DNA of 61,382 nt, the filler included, from Basidioascus undulatus (taxonomy: Eukaryota), in assembly GCA_000826855.1 (NCBI GenBank). It is 4 parts of 4 records of this genome, joined end to end, with 100 filler letters (N's around TTAATTAATTAA, not from the genome) between each part and the next. Parts side by side here need not be neighbours in the genome. Positions count along the whole stretch, not along the records: positions 1 to 15,297 come from JTLS01000650.1; positions 15,398 to 30,669 come from JTLS01000651.1; 2 more parts are not named here. One strand, written 5' to 3'. Numbering within the stretch: the stretch's first letter is position 1; every line of letters begins with the position of its first letter. Below the pieces are notes generated by a model that was given only the letters and a program-made list of their open reading frames with translations, did no database searches and had not been told where the DNA came from. The position numbers and the translations under genes were made by a program. Of the stretch, positions 11,502 through 24,098 are shown in pieces.

Positions 11502-14500
11502 ATGGACGACATCATCTCCATCGGTGAGCTTCGCCCTTACCCTGCTCTTTCGTCCCTTGCGCTGCCCTGGCTGATCACCTGCCTCTCGCCGCCGCCGCAG
11601 TCAACCGGCTGCAGTACGTCCAGCGCTCATTGCGCATCCTGCGCGCTAAGTGCTGACTCCTAGGCTGGAACCGTGTAGGGACACGTTCAATGCCATCGGC
11701 AAGTCGCGGACCTAGGCGGGAAGATGGGCAGGAGGAGCGTGGCAGACTGACGGTGGGCTTGGGCTGCAGGCGGAGACACGGTCGACTTGCCACAAATAGT
11801 CGTGGTGAGTCGAGGTTGAGCAGTGCGGTAAAGGGGAATGGTGCTCAAGGCGGTGGCGGTCGCGTGCAGGTCGGCAGTCAGTCCGCGGGGAAGTCCAGTG
11901 TTCTCGAAACGTAAGGGGCCTTCTCGCTTCGACCGAGGGGTTTGATTGAGGCTCATGTTGCGCTTCTCCACAGTATCGTCGGACGTGCGTTCTCAGGGCT
12001 CCCAGACCTTGGAGCAAGGGCTCTCACATGCTCACATCTTAATGTTTTCTAGGCGACTTCCTGCCTCGCGGGTCCGGCATCGTCACACGGCGACCGCTCG
12101 TCCTCCAACTCATCCACACGCCCCTTCCCACCAACGCTTCCCCCGCCAACGCGCCGTACACCGAGTACGGCGAATTCCTTCACCTTGACCGCCGCTTCAC
12201 CGACTTCTCCGAAATCCGGCGCGAGATCGAGGGCGAGACGTTCCGTGTCGCCGGCCAGAACAAGGGCATCAGCAAGCTGCCCATTCACCTCAAGATCTTT
12301 AGCCCGAACGTCGTGAACCTCACGCTTGTGGACTTGCCGGGTCTCACCAAGGTGGGCAGATGTCGCTTCTAGGTTTGGGCTGTAGGCGGATGCTGAGGGG
12401 GCTTGGCCATGGGCAGATTCCTGTGGGCGACCAACCTACAGACATTGAGCGGCAGATCCGCAATCTCGTCCTCGACTACATCCAGAAGCCCAACTGGTCC
12501 GCTAGCTTGCTTCTCGAGCTCGGGGGCATGCCTAACATCCCGTGCCCCGCAGTGTCATCCTCGCTGTCTCCCCCGCCAATGTCGACCTTGCCAACTCAGA
12601 CAGTCTCAAGCTCGCGCGCTCCGTCGACCCGCAAGGACGCCGAACGATCGGCGTCTTGACCAAGCTGGACCTCATGGACGCCGGCACGCACGCGCTCGAT
12701 GTCCTCACTGGGCGCGTCTACCCGCTCAAGCTCGGCTTCATCGGCGTGGTCAACCGGAGCCAGCAGGACATCAACGCGAGCATCCCGATGTCGGAGGCCG
12801 CGCAGAAGGAGGAGGAGTTCTTCGCGAACCACGCGGCGTACCGCAACATCTCGCACCGCTGCGGGACCAAGTACCTGGCCAAGACGCTCAACACTGTGAG
12901 TAGGAGTCTGCTTCGGTTCGGCATCGGGGGTGCTGTGGGCTGGCGGGAACGGCTACTGACTGCGGGAGGAACGCCTCATAGGTCCTCATGAACCACATCC
13001 GCGACAAGCTGCCCGACATGAAGGCCAAACTGAACACGCTCATGGGCCAGACGCAGCAGGAGCTGAATGCGTTCGGCGACGCGACCTTCCTGGGCAAGCA
13101 GCACCGGGTGAGTCTCCCCGGCTCTTTCTCGACTGGGACATCGCTGACAATGCGTCAATTCCAGGGGTCCCTGATCCTCAAGCTGATGACTCAGTTCGGG
13201 CGCGACTTCGTCTCCTCCATCGACGGCACGTCGCTCGAGATCAGCACGAAGGAGCTCTCCGGCGGCGCGCGCATCTACTACATCTTCAACGACGTCTTTG
13301 GCCACGCGCTCGAGTCCATTAACCCGACGCACAACCTCACGACGCAAGACATCCGCACCGCGATCCGCAACTCGACCGGCCCCCGACCGAGCCTGTTCGT
13401 CCCCGAGGTCGCGTTCGACTTGCTCGTCAAGCCCCAGATCAAGCTGCTCGAGCCGCCGAGTCTGCGCTGCGTCGAGTTGGTGTACGAGGAGCTGATGAAG
13501 GTAGGCAGGCACCCTTCTAGAGTCTGTGTCGCATCCTGAGCTGACTTGGGTGTCGCAGATCTGCCACAACTGCACGAGCGTTGTACGTTACTAGCAGACC
13601 CGGCTTGTTGGCACTTCCGCTGTACTGATGTTTCGACAGGAACTGCAACGCTTTCCCCGTCTGCACGCTCAGCTCATCGAGGTTGTGTCGGAGCTTCTGC
13701 GCGAGCGCCTCGGCCCGACCTCCGATTATGTCACCAGCCTGATCTCAATCCAAGCCGCGTACATTAACACGAACCACCCCGCATTCGTCTCTGGCTCGGC
13801 GGCGTTCGCGAAGGAGGCCCAGCAGCCGAAGCGTAAGGCGGTCGAGGCCAAGCGGAGGGTGCGTGTCACGGCAGTCTTCTGTTTGCCCCGGTGGCTGACC
13901 CGCTTTTGCTGTGTCTTACAGAAGGTCCCGTCAGCGACGGGCAGCCCTGATGGGCCGTCGGGCGAGGAGGACGAGGCGGAGGAGGGCGACTCACCCGTTG
14001 CCAACGGCATCGCCGCCGCCGCGTCCTCGCAGCGGGAGACTCGCTCCGTGTCCTCGACGCTGCACGACCGGCACCGCAACAACGCCTCGCCGTCCTCGAT
14101 CGCGTCCACGCTGCTGCACCCGAACGGGCCCGAGCCCTCATCGAGCCGGTCCGCCGTCGGCCCCTCCGCCTCCGCCTCCTCATCCTCCCACCACACTGCC
14201 CGCGAAACGTTCCTCAACTACTTCTTTGGCGGGCCCGACGGGCCGAACGTCCCCGCCCCCCGCGGCCAGATCCGCGACATCGATGCAGGGAACAAGCCGC
14301 CCTCCGCGAACCCCATGGGCGGCCGCCGCGGGCTGGAGGGCAGCGCCGCCGCGTTTGACATGAAGAGCTTGGGCAAGCACCTCGAACCGGTACGCCACCC
14401 TCCTCCCATTTCCAAACTACACAAACGACCGTGCCTGCGCTGAACTTGGTTAGGCCGAGCAGCACACGCCCACGGACGCGAACGGATTCGCCATTTCGGA

Positions 14501-15068
14501 GAGGGAAGAGATGGAGATCACCCTGATCCGCTCGCTCATCGCGTCGTACTTCTCCATCGTCCGCCAAACGATCCAGGACATCGTCCCGAAGGTGCGCTAT
14601 CCCTCCTTTTCTACTCTCCCTGGGCCTTTTTTTGCGCAGCGTACGGCGGAGGCTGACGAGGATGACTGGTAACTGCTCGCAGGCGATCATGCACCTGCTC
14701 GTCAACTTCTCCCGAGAGTCGATCCAGGACCGCTTGGTTGCGGCGCTGTACAACCCGGATGTGCGTTTCGCTTCGTTCTCACGCCAAGCGCACTGGGACT
14801 GTGTCTGATGGGATAGCTCTATTGTGCGACTGCAGCTCTTCGACGACCTTCTGTACGAGGACGAGAACATCGTCAACGAGCGGAACAGGGTCAAGGCGCT
14901 CATGGATGCGTACAAGGTTCGTCTGGCTTCTTCCCCCTCTCCGCCCCCCTCCCCCCAACCCACCTACACGTGCTCATGTGCGGTTGGGAACACCTCCAGT
15001 CCGCGTTCCAAGTCCTCGCGGAGGTCAACATGCCCAAGTCCCAGCCGACGTACACGCCCTCCGCCTGA
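11502..15068 (+). CDS. DNM1: Dynamin-related GTPase Dnm1 (mitochondrial/peroxisomal fission)
   Basis: [56 protein letters not shown], an insert with ETFLNYFFG (Dnm1-like rather than Vps1) and [18 protein letters not shown]. Confidence 0.95.
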
Positions 15069-15297
15069 TCCTGACGTCCACACCCTCGTTCCTGTATTCC
15101 CCCGTTCTCATTCTCGCTCTCGACTTCACCTATCACTCTTGTATCGCATCTTTGCTTTGGTTCCTTTTTCAGATTGATATGTTGATTCCTTTGACTCTTG
15201 CGCTTTGAGATTTGAGATCTGTATCGCACGCACGAACGTACACGGGTCGCGTGGGGATGGGGACGGGGATGGGGATGAGGAGGGCTGGGGATGGGCT

Positions 15298-15397
15298 NNN
15301 NNNNNNNNNNNNNNNNNNNNNNNNNNNNNNNNNNNNNNNNNTTAATTAATTAANNNNNNNNNNNNNNNNNNNNNNNNNNNNNNNNNNNNNNNNNNNN
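15298..15397. other. Artificial 100-nt contig linker (N44-TTAATTAATTAA-N44)
   Basis: Six-frame-stop 12-mer embedded in Ns; identical at three places. Confidence 0.98.
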
Positions 15398-16163
15398 TGG
15401 GGGCCTTCGCGGAGGTGCGCTTGGGCGAGGGCGCGGGCTCGCGCTCCTCGCTGATCTCGAGGAGGGCGCGGTTGAAGCTGTTGAGGGTTTGGTGATGGTA
15501 CGGCGGCGCGGGGACGACAACGGTCGCCTTCTTGCGGGCCGAGCTGAGCGGGATGGACGACCCGCCGCCGAGGGGCGAGCGGATGCGGTCGGCAGCGACC
15601 GCGGCGTTGGGGCTCAGCGGCGTGTGCGCGGCCTTGCCCTTGCCCTTGCCCTTGGAGGCGGAGGGCGAGGCGGGGATGCACGAGTTCTCCTTGTCGGAGA
15701 AGACGTCCTGTGTGGGGGTGGAAGATGGGTGAGCACGCGCGCGGAGGGGTGGGGTGGCTGGCTGGGCAACGCACGTCGTTGATGGCCTTCAGCTTCATGG
15801 CGGAAGCATGGGCAGCGGCGGTACCCGCACGAGTGCGGCGGCCGGTCGCAGTGCGGCGCGATGGAGTCTTGATGTGCTCGGTGGCGGGGGCGGCGTTGCT
15901 ATCGCAAATGGGAGGGTCGCCGTCGTCAGCTCTCATGAATCAGACACACAAGCTTCCAACATCCACGAGTACGCCCGGCCACCTAATCTCCAAAAGACCC
16001 ATTGAAGAGCGCACCTCGACTCAAATCGCTTGATAAATTCATCGACAAAGTCGCAGCCGTCGGTGACGAGCCCCTCGAGGATGTCCAGCGGGTCAAGCGT
16101 CTCGGCGTGGACGCTCGCGCGGATACGCTCCGCCCACGCGGTCGGTGCGGTAGGCGCGGACAT
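15398..16163 (-). CDS. 5' part of a gene truncated at the contig end; possibly inner centromere protein (INCENP/Pic1)
   Basis: Spliced MSAPTAPTAWAERIRAS...GCDFVDEFIKRFESSNAAPATEHIKTPSRR...KLKAINDDVFSDKENS. Helical N-terminus, a KTP CDK-type site and a KEN box fit fungal INCENP from memory. The C-terminal IN-box is not visible. Confidence 0.45.
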
Positions 16164-17981
16164 TGTATGGTCGAGGATGGCGGTTGTTGGTGTTCTGGCG
16201 GTGCTTGGGTGTTGAATCTGTTGGCGTCGGTGGCGAGGGTGAGTAAAACGGCGAGGCGGGCGGGAGATGATGGTCGTCGGAAAGTCAAAGGGACGACGTC
16301 CGACACCACACAACAAACCCGCAATCGCGCCTGGATGGCGCGCGCGCACGCACGTGACCGCTGCGACCATCCCTCTCAAACGCTCTTGAAAAGGGATTTC
16401 GAAGCAGATGAACTGTCGTTGAGATATTCGGGAATACTTGGGATACTCGCTTGACTTAATCGAAAGCCAGCGGAAACACACATGTTCCCCGGGTTGAAGA
16501 GGTGTATCTGGGTTTTCTCTGGCACCAGAACCAAGCAAGTGATTCCGAAGTTGTTCTGTAAAGGGTTGCTTCTATGCCGTTGCTGGAAAAGTCTAAATAA
16601 TTCTTTGTCCTTGCTTCGTGGGAGTGGGATGATGCAAGCGTCCGAACCAAGCGAAAGCAAATCCTCGGGAAGGGACTGCACCAGCAGCGTGATTTACACC
16701 TTGCTCGCCAGGCAAGCGCGTGAGTAAGCCCGTTGCCTGCTACTTGACTGACATCTTCCCATGAATAAGTAAATTATCTGAAACATTGAGGACGATTCTT
16801 CCAAGGCAGCCCTCGGGCTCCATGCCGAAGAGGTGTTGGACTCTGCCGGCTGCATGGACTCCGAGCTGCCTGCACAGCACAGCACCTTGAGAACACCACA
16901 GCAGACATAATATGGAGATTCATGGGAGTGAATCTTTGGCATAATCCAGAGCTGCGTCGTTTCACGGTAGGGGATGCTTGATTGTCAGGGCAGTGTAGAA
17001 GGAATGCAGGAACAAGCGGCGAAGTGATTGACAATGGTTTCCAACATCAACCACCCGCTGCTGTGACCACACCTCGATGCTTCAATACGAAACTATGGAA
17101 ACTTTCAACGGCTACCTATGGCTTCACCGTAGGTGGATGAAGCTTAGAGGCTTCACCCAACTGATTACGGGGCACGGCTGCCGCCAGCCTGAACCGCAAT
17201 ATAAATGCGGTGCCAGGCACTCTGTCCTCGTGAAGCACCCAATTCTTGAGTAGTTTCACTCAAGACCGACAGAGAAATTACGTTTACCCAAAAAATGCCA
17301 CCTGCGTAAGCAACTTTGATCACTGGCCTGAATGAGGCCTGCTGCCAGAGTCGCAGCAGGCAGATGAGGGATCTTGGCCACGGATGGCCTGTAAGATTTT
17401 TTTGTGGGTTCCAGGAAATCACCTCATATCCAGCAAGAATAATTATTCAGGCTTGTGCGGGGCCAATTTAGGCGTCGGAACATGGCAAAAGAAAATACAC
17501 GGGAATCATGATGTGACGGCACCGGCAGAGTACTGACGGTTTCTGGCAAAGCAGGCGCAGAGCAAGCGCATCGGGACTGATGTTTGACACACCGCTTGCC
17601 ATCAGGACATGTCAGATATCAATCTTCCATCCTCGAAAGCGCGCGTCCGGGTCCATGCCAAGGAAGCCTTGGACGCGCCCGGCTACCTGGACTCCGAATT
17701 GCCGCACAGCACGGCTGGCAGCTCCTTGCAGAACATCGAAGCTGACACAACTCTTTGCGGATCGCCCGCGGAAGCTTCCGTGTGGGCGCGTCAAGCGGTC
17801 AAGCACGTCAAGGCGACAACGTCGCCGGAGCCTCCTGCTCGTCTCGCTCTCCCATCGACTCCGCGGTGTAGCTTTTGGGTGCTCGAATCATTGTGAGCAT
17901 GCCAACAAAGCCCAGGCCAGCCTCCAGATTCGGTGCTGCTTACTAAATTCAAGATCGTGACAGACCAAGCAGCTCACGCTC

Positions 17982-19330
17982 ATGCCTCCTCGGTTGCCTC
18001 CCGAGATCCTCTCGCGTGTCTTCGAATACGCGACCGCCGAGAACCATTCTTCGGACGGTGGTGCAAACACAGCGCTTCAACAACGCGAATGTCCCTCGTA
18101 ATCGTCTGCAAGAAATGGAGCGTGCGTCCACTCTCACAAGAGGCTCCTACCAGGTACCGCTTTCTGACTTCCGAAGCTCGCGCAGTCCCTAGCCATGCCT
18201 TACCTCTACCGTGAAGTCGAAGTCCGGCACTCACCGCACATACTTCAAATTATTCATAATCTATCTGAGGAAGTGCTCAACGGCCGTCGCCCAGGCCACT
18301 TCACTCATCGTCTCTCCATCTGGATTGACCGTGATCCCGACGATCCCGACATCCATAATCTCATCGGATCCGTCGCTGTTTACTTTTCTCGCGTCGTCTC
18401 CCTCGTACTCAAAACGCGATGAGAACATTACTTGCCATATGTTTCGCTTTCTTCGATCAAACTTGCGCTGGCCGCAAGTCTTCGCACAATTCGAAGCCTC
18501 GATCTGTACGGAATCGGACCACATGCCACGAGCACATTCCTCAACTCCCTCATCCTCATGGAGGATATTCAAGCCCGCATCAAATGCGGATAAGCTTCGA
18601 TCTTCACTCCGTTGAGACTGCATTGTCTTGGGGAACTCGATCTCGGGTTCTACGGTGATATCGACCCTGTCCTGTTGCTTCTCGCGGTCTCGGATCTCCC
18701 TGATCTCAAAGACCTGCGCCTTGACTGCGGCAACACTGGACATAGTTTTGATTCACCGAAGCAGTTATTGATCGGTTCGGTCATCAGCTGCACACATTGC
18801 TCCTCCCGCACAGTCTTCCTTACCGTAGCCTGCTCCTTGCCCGTCTGCGCGTCCCGCATCGTCACCTCCTCCACGAACCGGGCTGTCGTGCGCGCTGCGA
18901 ACGTCTTCGGGTCGTCTTTAACAAACTGGTCGGCTTTGACCTGCAAGCCACCTCCCTTGTTCAAAATTATTATTGCTCGGAAAGAGAACAGGTAAGGCCG
19001 GGTGGAGAGCGCACCATCATCTCGGAGTTCCTCCTGCACCGCGTATAGACTTCAGCGCACCGTGTCCAGGCACTCAAACGGTGAGGGCAATGAATGCACC
19101 GCTTGTCCTCCTCCCAAGCCTCAGGAAGCTCCGAAGGGTCGCTCGGTGCCGGTCGCGCATTAGTGACCAACGCACGGCGGTCAGATGCAGCGAGTGTCGC
19201 CGTGCGCCGGCTGGCAGGGAAGCGGACGGCTGAGAGGATGGCTGACATGTTGGATCTTCGATTTAGTGTTGTTTTGGACAGCTTCGATATTGAATGGATT
19301 TGAGAACAGATTGATGAGAGTGGTGGCAAG
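17982..19330 (+). pseudogene. F-box/LRR-like protein pseudogene
   Basis: MPPRLPPEILSRVFEY...(frameshift)...SLVIVCKKWS...AMPYLYREVEV, with LRR-like LGELDL and LPDLKDLRL. In-frame stops near 18420 and 18590 and further frameshifts. Confidence 0.75.
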
Positions 19331-19823
19331 AGAGTGTTGAGGACGGGTTTCCTGCTTTATCGCAGCGAGAGGACGGGAGTGACGCAAGATCCGTCATGTG
19401 CTCATGGCCGTGCAGCCGATTGGAGAACCTTTCCGAGACTCACAGCGTCCTCGAAGCTGATGATAAATTTCAATGTGATTGGTAGTTGGGGGACGCGCGA
19501 GCTATGAGGGAAGGGCGGCACCACATCTTTCGCTAACCTTCGCACGGCGTTTCCAGAGACTTGAACGGCATCGGTCAAAAGATTTCATGATAGACAGTGG
19601 TAGGTCTTTAATGGGAAAGGAACAGCGGCAGCCGAAGAGCTTGCAAGAGCGTTGCGGTCTTCGCCCGCCTGCTGATGATCCCCCTTGGCTGACGGATTCA
19701 ATGGAATACCGACATAAGTAATTCAAACATGATTCAGTATCCCGCTTTTCCAGTATGATCAAAAAGCGAGATCAAGCCCACATGCGTGCCAAAAAAAGCT
19801 CATGCCACACTCCTCCGCCTCGG

Positions 19824-21754
19824 TCAGACCCCGACCCCCCACACCTCCAGCCCCACACACCTGAACCCCGCCTCCTCGCGCTTCCCGGGGGGAGCGCGCT
19901 CCACCTCCGCGCAGAGGACGTCGTTGTCGAACGCGGGGCAGCGCGCCGAGACGCCGCGGTCGAGTTGGTCGTCGAGCCACAGGCCGTACGCGCCGTCGCC
20001 GCCGCCGAAGGAGAGGAACTCGGGGGTGCACAGGATCAGATAGTCATTTTTGCCAGTCCAGCGGTAGATCGTTGGGCTGTCCGAAGAGGAGGGGGGGGGA
20101 AGCTTCCAGAGGAAACTGGTTGGCAGGCACGAAGTCAACGGCAGGGAAACGGAGGAATAGAGAAGAAACGGAAGATATACCAGTCCCCCGACCCATAGTA
20201 CCCCAACTGCGGGCGGATTTCCCCATCGACGAACGCGCCAAACGTGCGCCCCGAGGCGGAGCGCACGGCGAGGACGCACCCGCCGTGGAGGTTCGCGGGC
20301 TGGCCCGGCTTCGGGTCGAACGCCTTGGCGATGCGCGAGTAGAACGTGTGCAAAGAGATGCCGTGCTGGTCGAGCGAGTAGATGAGCGTCCAGTGCGAGG
20401 GGAGCCGGTGCCGCGGGGGGAGGGCGTGGCGGATCTGTTGGGGGAGGAGTGTAGTGGTTGGGACCAGGCGAGATGAAGGAAAGAGGCGAAGAGAGAAGGT
20501 GAAGGGGAACGGGAGGAATGAAAGAACGGACGTTATCTGCGATTGAGGGGGAGAGGACGGGTTCGGTCGTAGAGTACCTCCCGCGGAGGTCGACCGGCCC
20601 GCCAAAGAGATCGTGCTTCTTGTCGAACGTCCAGTGGCCCGTGTTGAGGCTTTTGTCGCCCTCGAACCCAGGCGCGCCCGTGGGCGGGATGTAAGGCTTC
20701 TCAAAGTGCTGTTGGGGGGATGCGGAGGAGGACGGGGAGAAGCTGGGGAGGTGGAGGTGGGAGAGGGAGGAGCGGAGGGAGGAAGCGAGGGATTTGGAGG
20801 GGGATGCCGAGCGGGGAGGAGTGGAGGCGCGTGTGGTGGGAGGGGACACAGAGTGCGCCGGGTGCGTGTGGCGCGGGAGGTAGGAAGAGGGGAAGACGGT
20901 TTGGGTGGAGGGTGTGGAGGAGAAGGAGGATGAGGCGTGGAAGAGGGGCGGCTGGGAGCGCGAGATTGCGGGCGGGGAGGAGGAAAGCATGTTGAGTGTT
21001 GGTGATGATGGGTGTGAATCATCGAGGAGGAGACTGTGTCGCTGGGAGGATTGACGCCTTTGGGCGTGCCGGGGGCGCCCAGAGGAGGGAGAGGCCGAGA
21101 AGGGCGTGTCTGACTGTGGGCAGTTTGACTGTGGAGAGGTGGAATACCGGAGAGGGGTAAGGGGTAGGTTCACAAGGATGGAAACAGACCTTCTCCTACC
21201 TGTTTTGTATCGTCTCCTCGGCTGCCGGACTACGAGATGGCGGCATGAGCGCGGTCCCCCAAGCTGCCTGCCTGCCCCTATCCACGAGCGAACGGACGCA
21301 CCAGATCCAAGTCTCCCACAAGCCCAGCACCCACGATCTCGCCCAAGACCTCCCTCCTCCTCCCCTCGCTGCGCTCCCTTGCCTCCTCGCCCAGGGTTTT
21401 GGGCGACTGAACCGGACTCCACTGGGCGTCCGCGAGCGGGTCCTCGCCCGCCGAGACGCTCACGAATCCCCCAAAGTCGTCGTCGTCGCCCCCGGCGAGG
21501 GGATTGATCGGCGGGGGGAGGCTCGGCGTCGCGCGGGATGTGGAGGGCGTCGTCGCTGGTGGGGTCGGCGGGAAGATGGGCGAGCCAGGGTTGCGCGGTG
21601 TGGGTGCCGGGGAGGGTGTGGTTGACCGTGGGAGGGGGATCAACTGGGATGTTTGCCAGGGAATCAGCCTCGATATTGGCTCCAGCTCGCAGCTTTCTGG
21701 GGGAAAGCATACCGGTGCAATGCCGCTCGCCAGTCTGGGCTGCTCTGAATACAT
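19824..21754 (-). CDS. OXR1: TLDc-domain oxidation resistance protein (Oxr1-like)
   Basis: WTLIYSLDQHGISL, FGAF, YYGSGD-FLWK, YRWTGKNDY, FLSFGGGDGAYGLWLDD, CPAFDND, GLEVWGV*. Start codon uncertain. Confidence 0.9.
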
Positions 21755-22789
21755 CGGCGATGGCGAGCACGCGTGGATGCACGTCGAGGTCGACCGTCAA
21801 GAGCTGCTGGCCGGTGCACTACACTGCATGACGCCGTGGAATCTTACCGTGTCACCAGCAGCCGTCAGCTGTCACGCAGTCTGCTTTCGCATCATGAAAT
21901 TGTAACTTTTTCTAGGGCTTTGTCAAGCCTTTTCAGGACCCAAAAAGATCTCTGAGCACACATGGTAGCCTGTAGGTCCCGCGAACCTGCATGGCTACAC
22001 CTAAGGCTCTTGACGCCGACAGTAAGCCTTCCCACATATCCTCGAAGACCGCCCTGGACCTAGCCAAGTATACCAGCTGCAAAATCATTCAATATCTTGT
22101 ATCTTTAAGATGAAGATACGAGTGCGCCCCTGTTGACTGAATCAAAGAGACTCCTCGATTCCCTGAATGTAGGTGCTCTTCTTCGTATAGTAGCAATACA
22201 ACCGGCCAGAGTTGACCTGCACGAAGTTGTAGTATATGCGAATACAATTCCAAATATCTGTCCAAATCAGCATGAAATTTTTTGAAAAGAGCATCATGGC
22301 GCAGGGGCGGGGTTTTCTGCGTCTCGTGCGGCGAACACGGAAGGGGATCTATGAAGTCGGGGTGTGGAGGACTGGGATAAGAGTACAGGAAGGTGCAGAA
22401 TGCATGGGAGTGACTCTAGAGAGAAGGAGCCGTAGCGAGGACGAGGCGTGCGACAGCGTCGGCAAGCCAGCTGGTCGGGCAAGCGAATGGCACGAGATAG
22501 CCTGGTGAGCGAAGTTGCCCAATGCTTTTCACAAAAAGCTTCGGCATATTCCGTAGTGTGGGTGCGCGTAGGCCAACGGTGAGGGTGTCGAACTTAACTC
22601 GGCGTTCCCGTTGTGTCTGCCTTCGGATCAAGTTGTGCTAGTTAGCGATGAGTGCACTCTTCAACATTTTCCAATTCCAACCCATGTCGAATAAAATTAA
22701 GTGATTATTTTCTTTGTAGTATTGTCGAGGTGACGTGTAGACAGACCCAACGCGTCCTTGTGTCAGTTGCCCAGAGCACGTAGCACATT

Positions 22790-23720
22790 CCCGAGCCTCA
22801 GCAGCATCCGCACCCGCACCCGCACCCGCCTCTTTCGAACTCGCTCGCCACCGCCTCCTTCTTTACCCCCTCGTCCCCACCATCTTCTTCATCCCCTCCT
22901 TCTCCCGACGGTCGTCCCCCCAAGCATCCACCTCCAAAAGCTCCCACTAACGCCTATCAACACTCTGCCGAGCAACCCCTCTCACAGACCGCCTTGCAGC
23001 GGATCAAAGCACGCAAGCTGTTCGACGCGCTCTGAGGAGCCCAATTTCTATTTCCTGTCCTATATTATTGTATATCCCCGCGCTACTTTGTTCCTTCGGG
23101 TACACGAGCTGTGGCGCTGTCGGTCGTTGCGTAGCGCGTAGCGCCCTCGGCACCCCTACTCCTGTCCTCCCCGTCGCCTCCTGAGTCTTCAACGCGCTCC
23201 TTTAGATGTGGTATATTTTATATCGGGATTTCGTGTGTTCCTCCGGGTCACAAGGGCTGCGGCAAGCCCAGTCGTCCCATACCGCGCAGCTCCCTGTCCA
23301 CCACCCTGTTTAAAGACGTCCCTGTTGTCCTACTCAGCCTCGAGCACTCGTGGCATCGCGGTCTTTGCTGAAATTTTGAAGCGTACACTGTACAAGAGGT
23401 CTCCTACAGCTAACATTCTACCCAGGTGCACGACTGACTTTCGCAGGCTGCTCAGTCCTCCACGTCCGCCCAATCCTGTCAACGCAGTCAAGATCGCTCG
23501 CGCCTTTCGACTCTCTTCGACCCTCGTCCGTGCGTTCTCCGGATCGAACGCACTTGCTCACCTGCTTACGCGTAATTCGTGTAAACCATGTGCGTCAGTA
23601 GCGCCTTTGTATCTTCGTGGTCATCAGCGTGTCTCGTTGACCCGGCGACGAGCAAGGAAAAGCGGTAAGGGCGCGAGGTGCTTGCCGTCGCTGCAGGTTG
23701 TTGTAAGGTATTTGGGGCAA
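22790..23720 (+). ncRNA. Candidate spliced non-coding transcript / structured RNA host
   Basis: Pyrimidine-rich leader, branch-point plus acceptor signals (CACTAAC..CAG 22987; GCTAAC..CAG 23425; GTGCGT..GCTCAC..CAG 23530-23597), only two ATGs, several hairpins and an AT-rich 3' end. No known RNA family recognised. Confidence 0.25.
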
Positions 23721-24098
23721 GTAATTTAAAGAATAGAATATGGTAGGGGTCTGTTGTCTCTCGGTGTCACTTTCTCATCCGGTGGCATGAAGCATGCATG
23801 CAGCCAGCCGCGTGCATCTTGCCTCGTACTCTCCGATGCTTCTGGGCAGCCAAGCGCAGCGCATCTACTAACTGGATGTTCGTTTAACTTTTGACTATTC
23901 CTAATGTACATTCGGCCCAACGAAGATGGTCCTACTTTCAACCGAGGCTTCGTATGCACAATCGCCGACAACGGGGTGGAAAGCAGCGCAGTCGTCACCG
24001 TCAGCATGAAATTCAGCACCATCTTCTCTCTTGCCATACAGCCACCCCAAATGTCCCATGTTTCTTGTACTAACTCCACAACTCCTCCTCACCCTCTC

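Noticed and set aside
19824..21800. 658-aa ORF and other long overlapping or antisense ORFs in GC-rich genes
   Set aside because: They read through introns or shadow real exons, a by-product of high GC and few stop codons.
23412..23589. snR30/U17 motifs (ACATTCTA...AAACCAT)
   Set aside because: The first motif is imperfect, the spacing is too long, and no ACA box follows the second.
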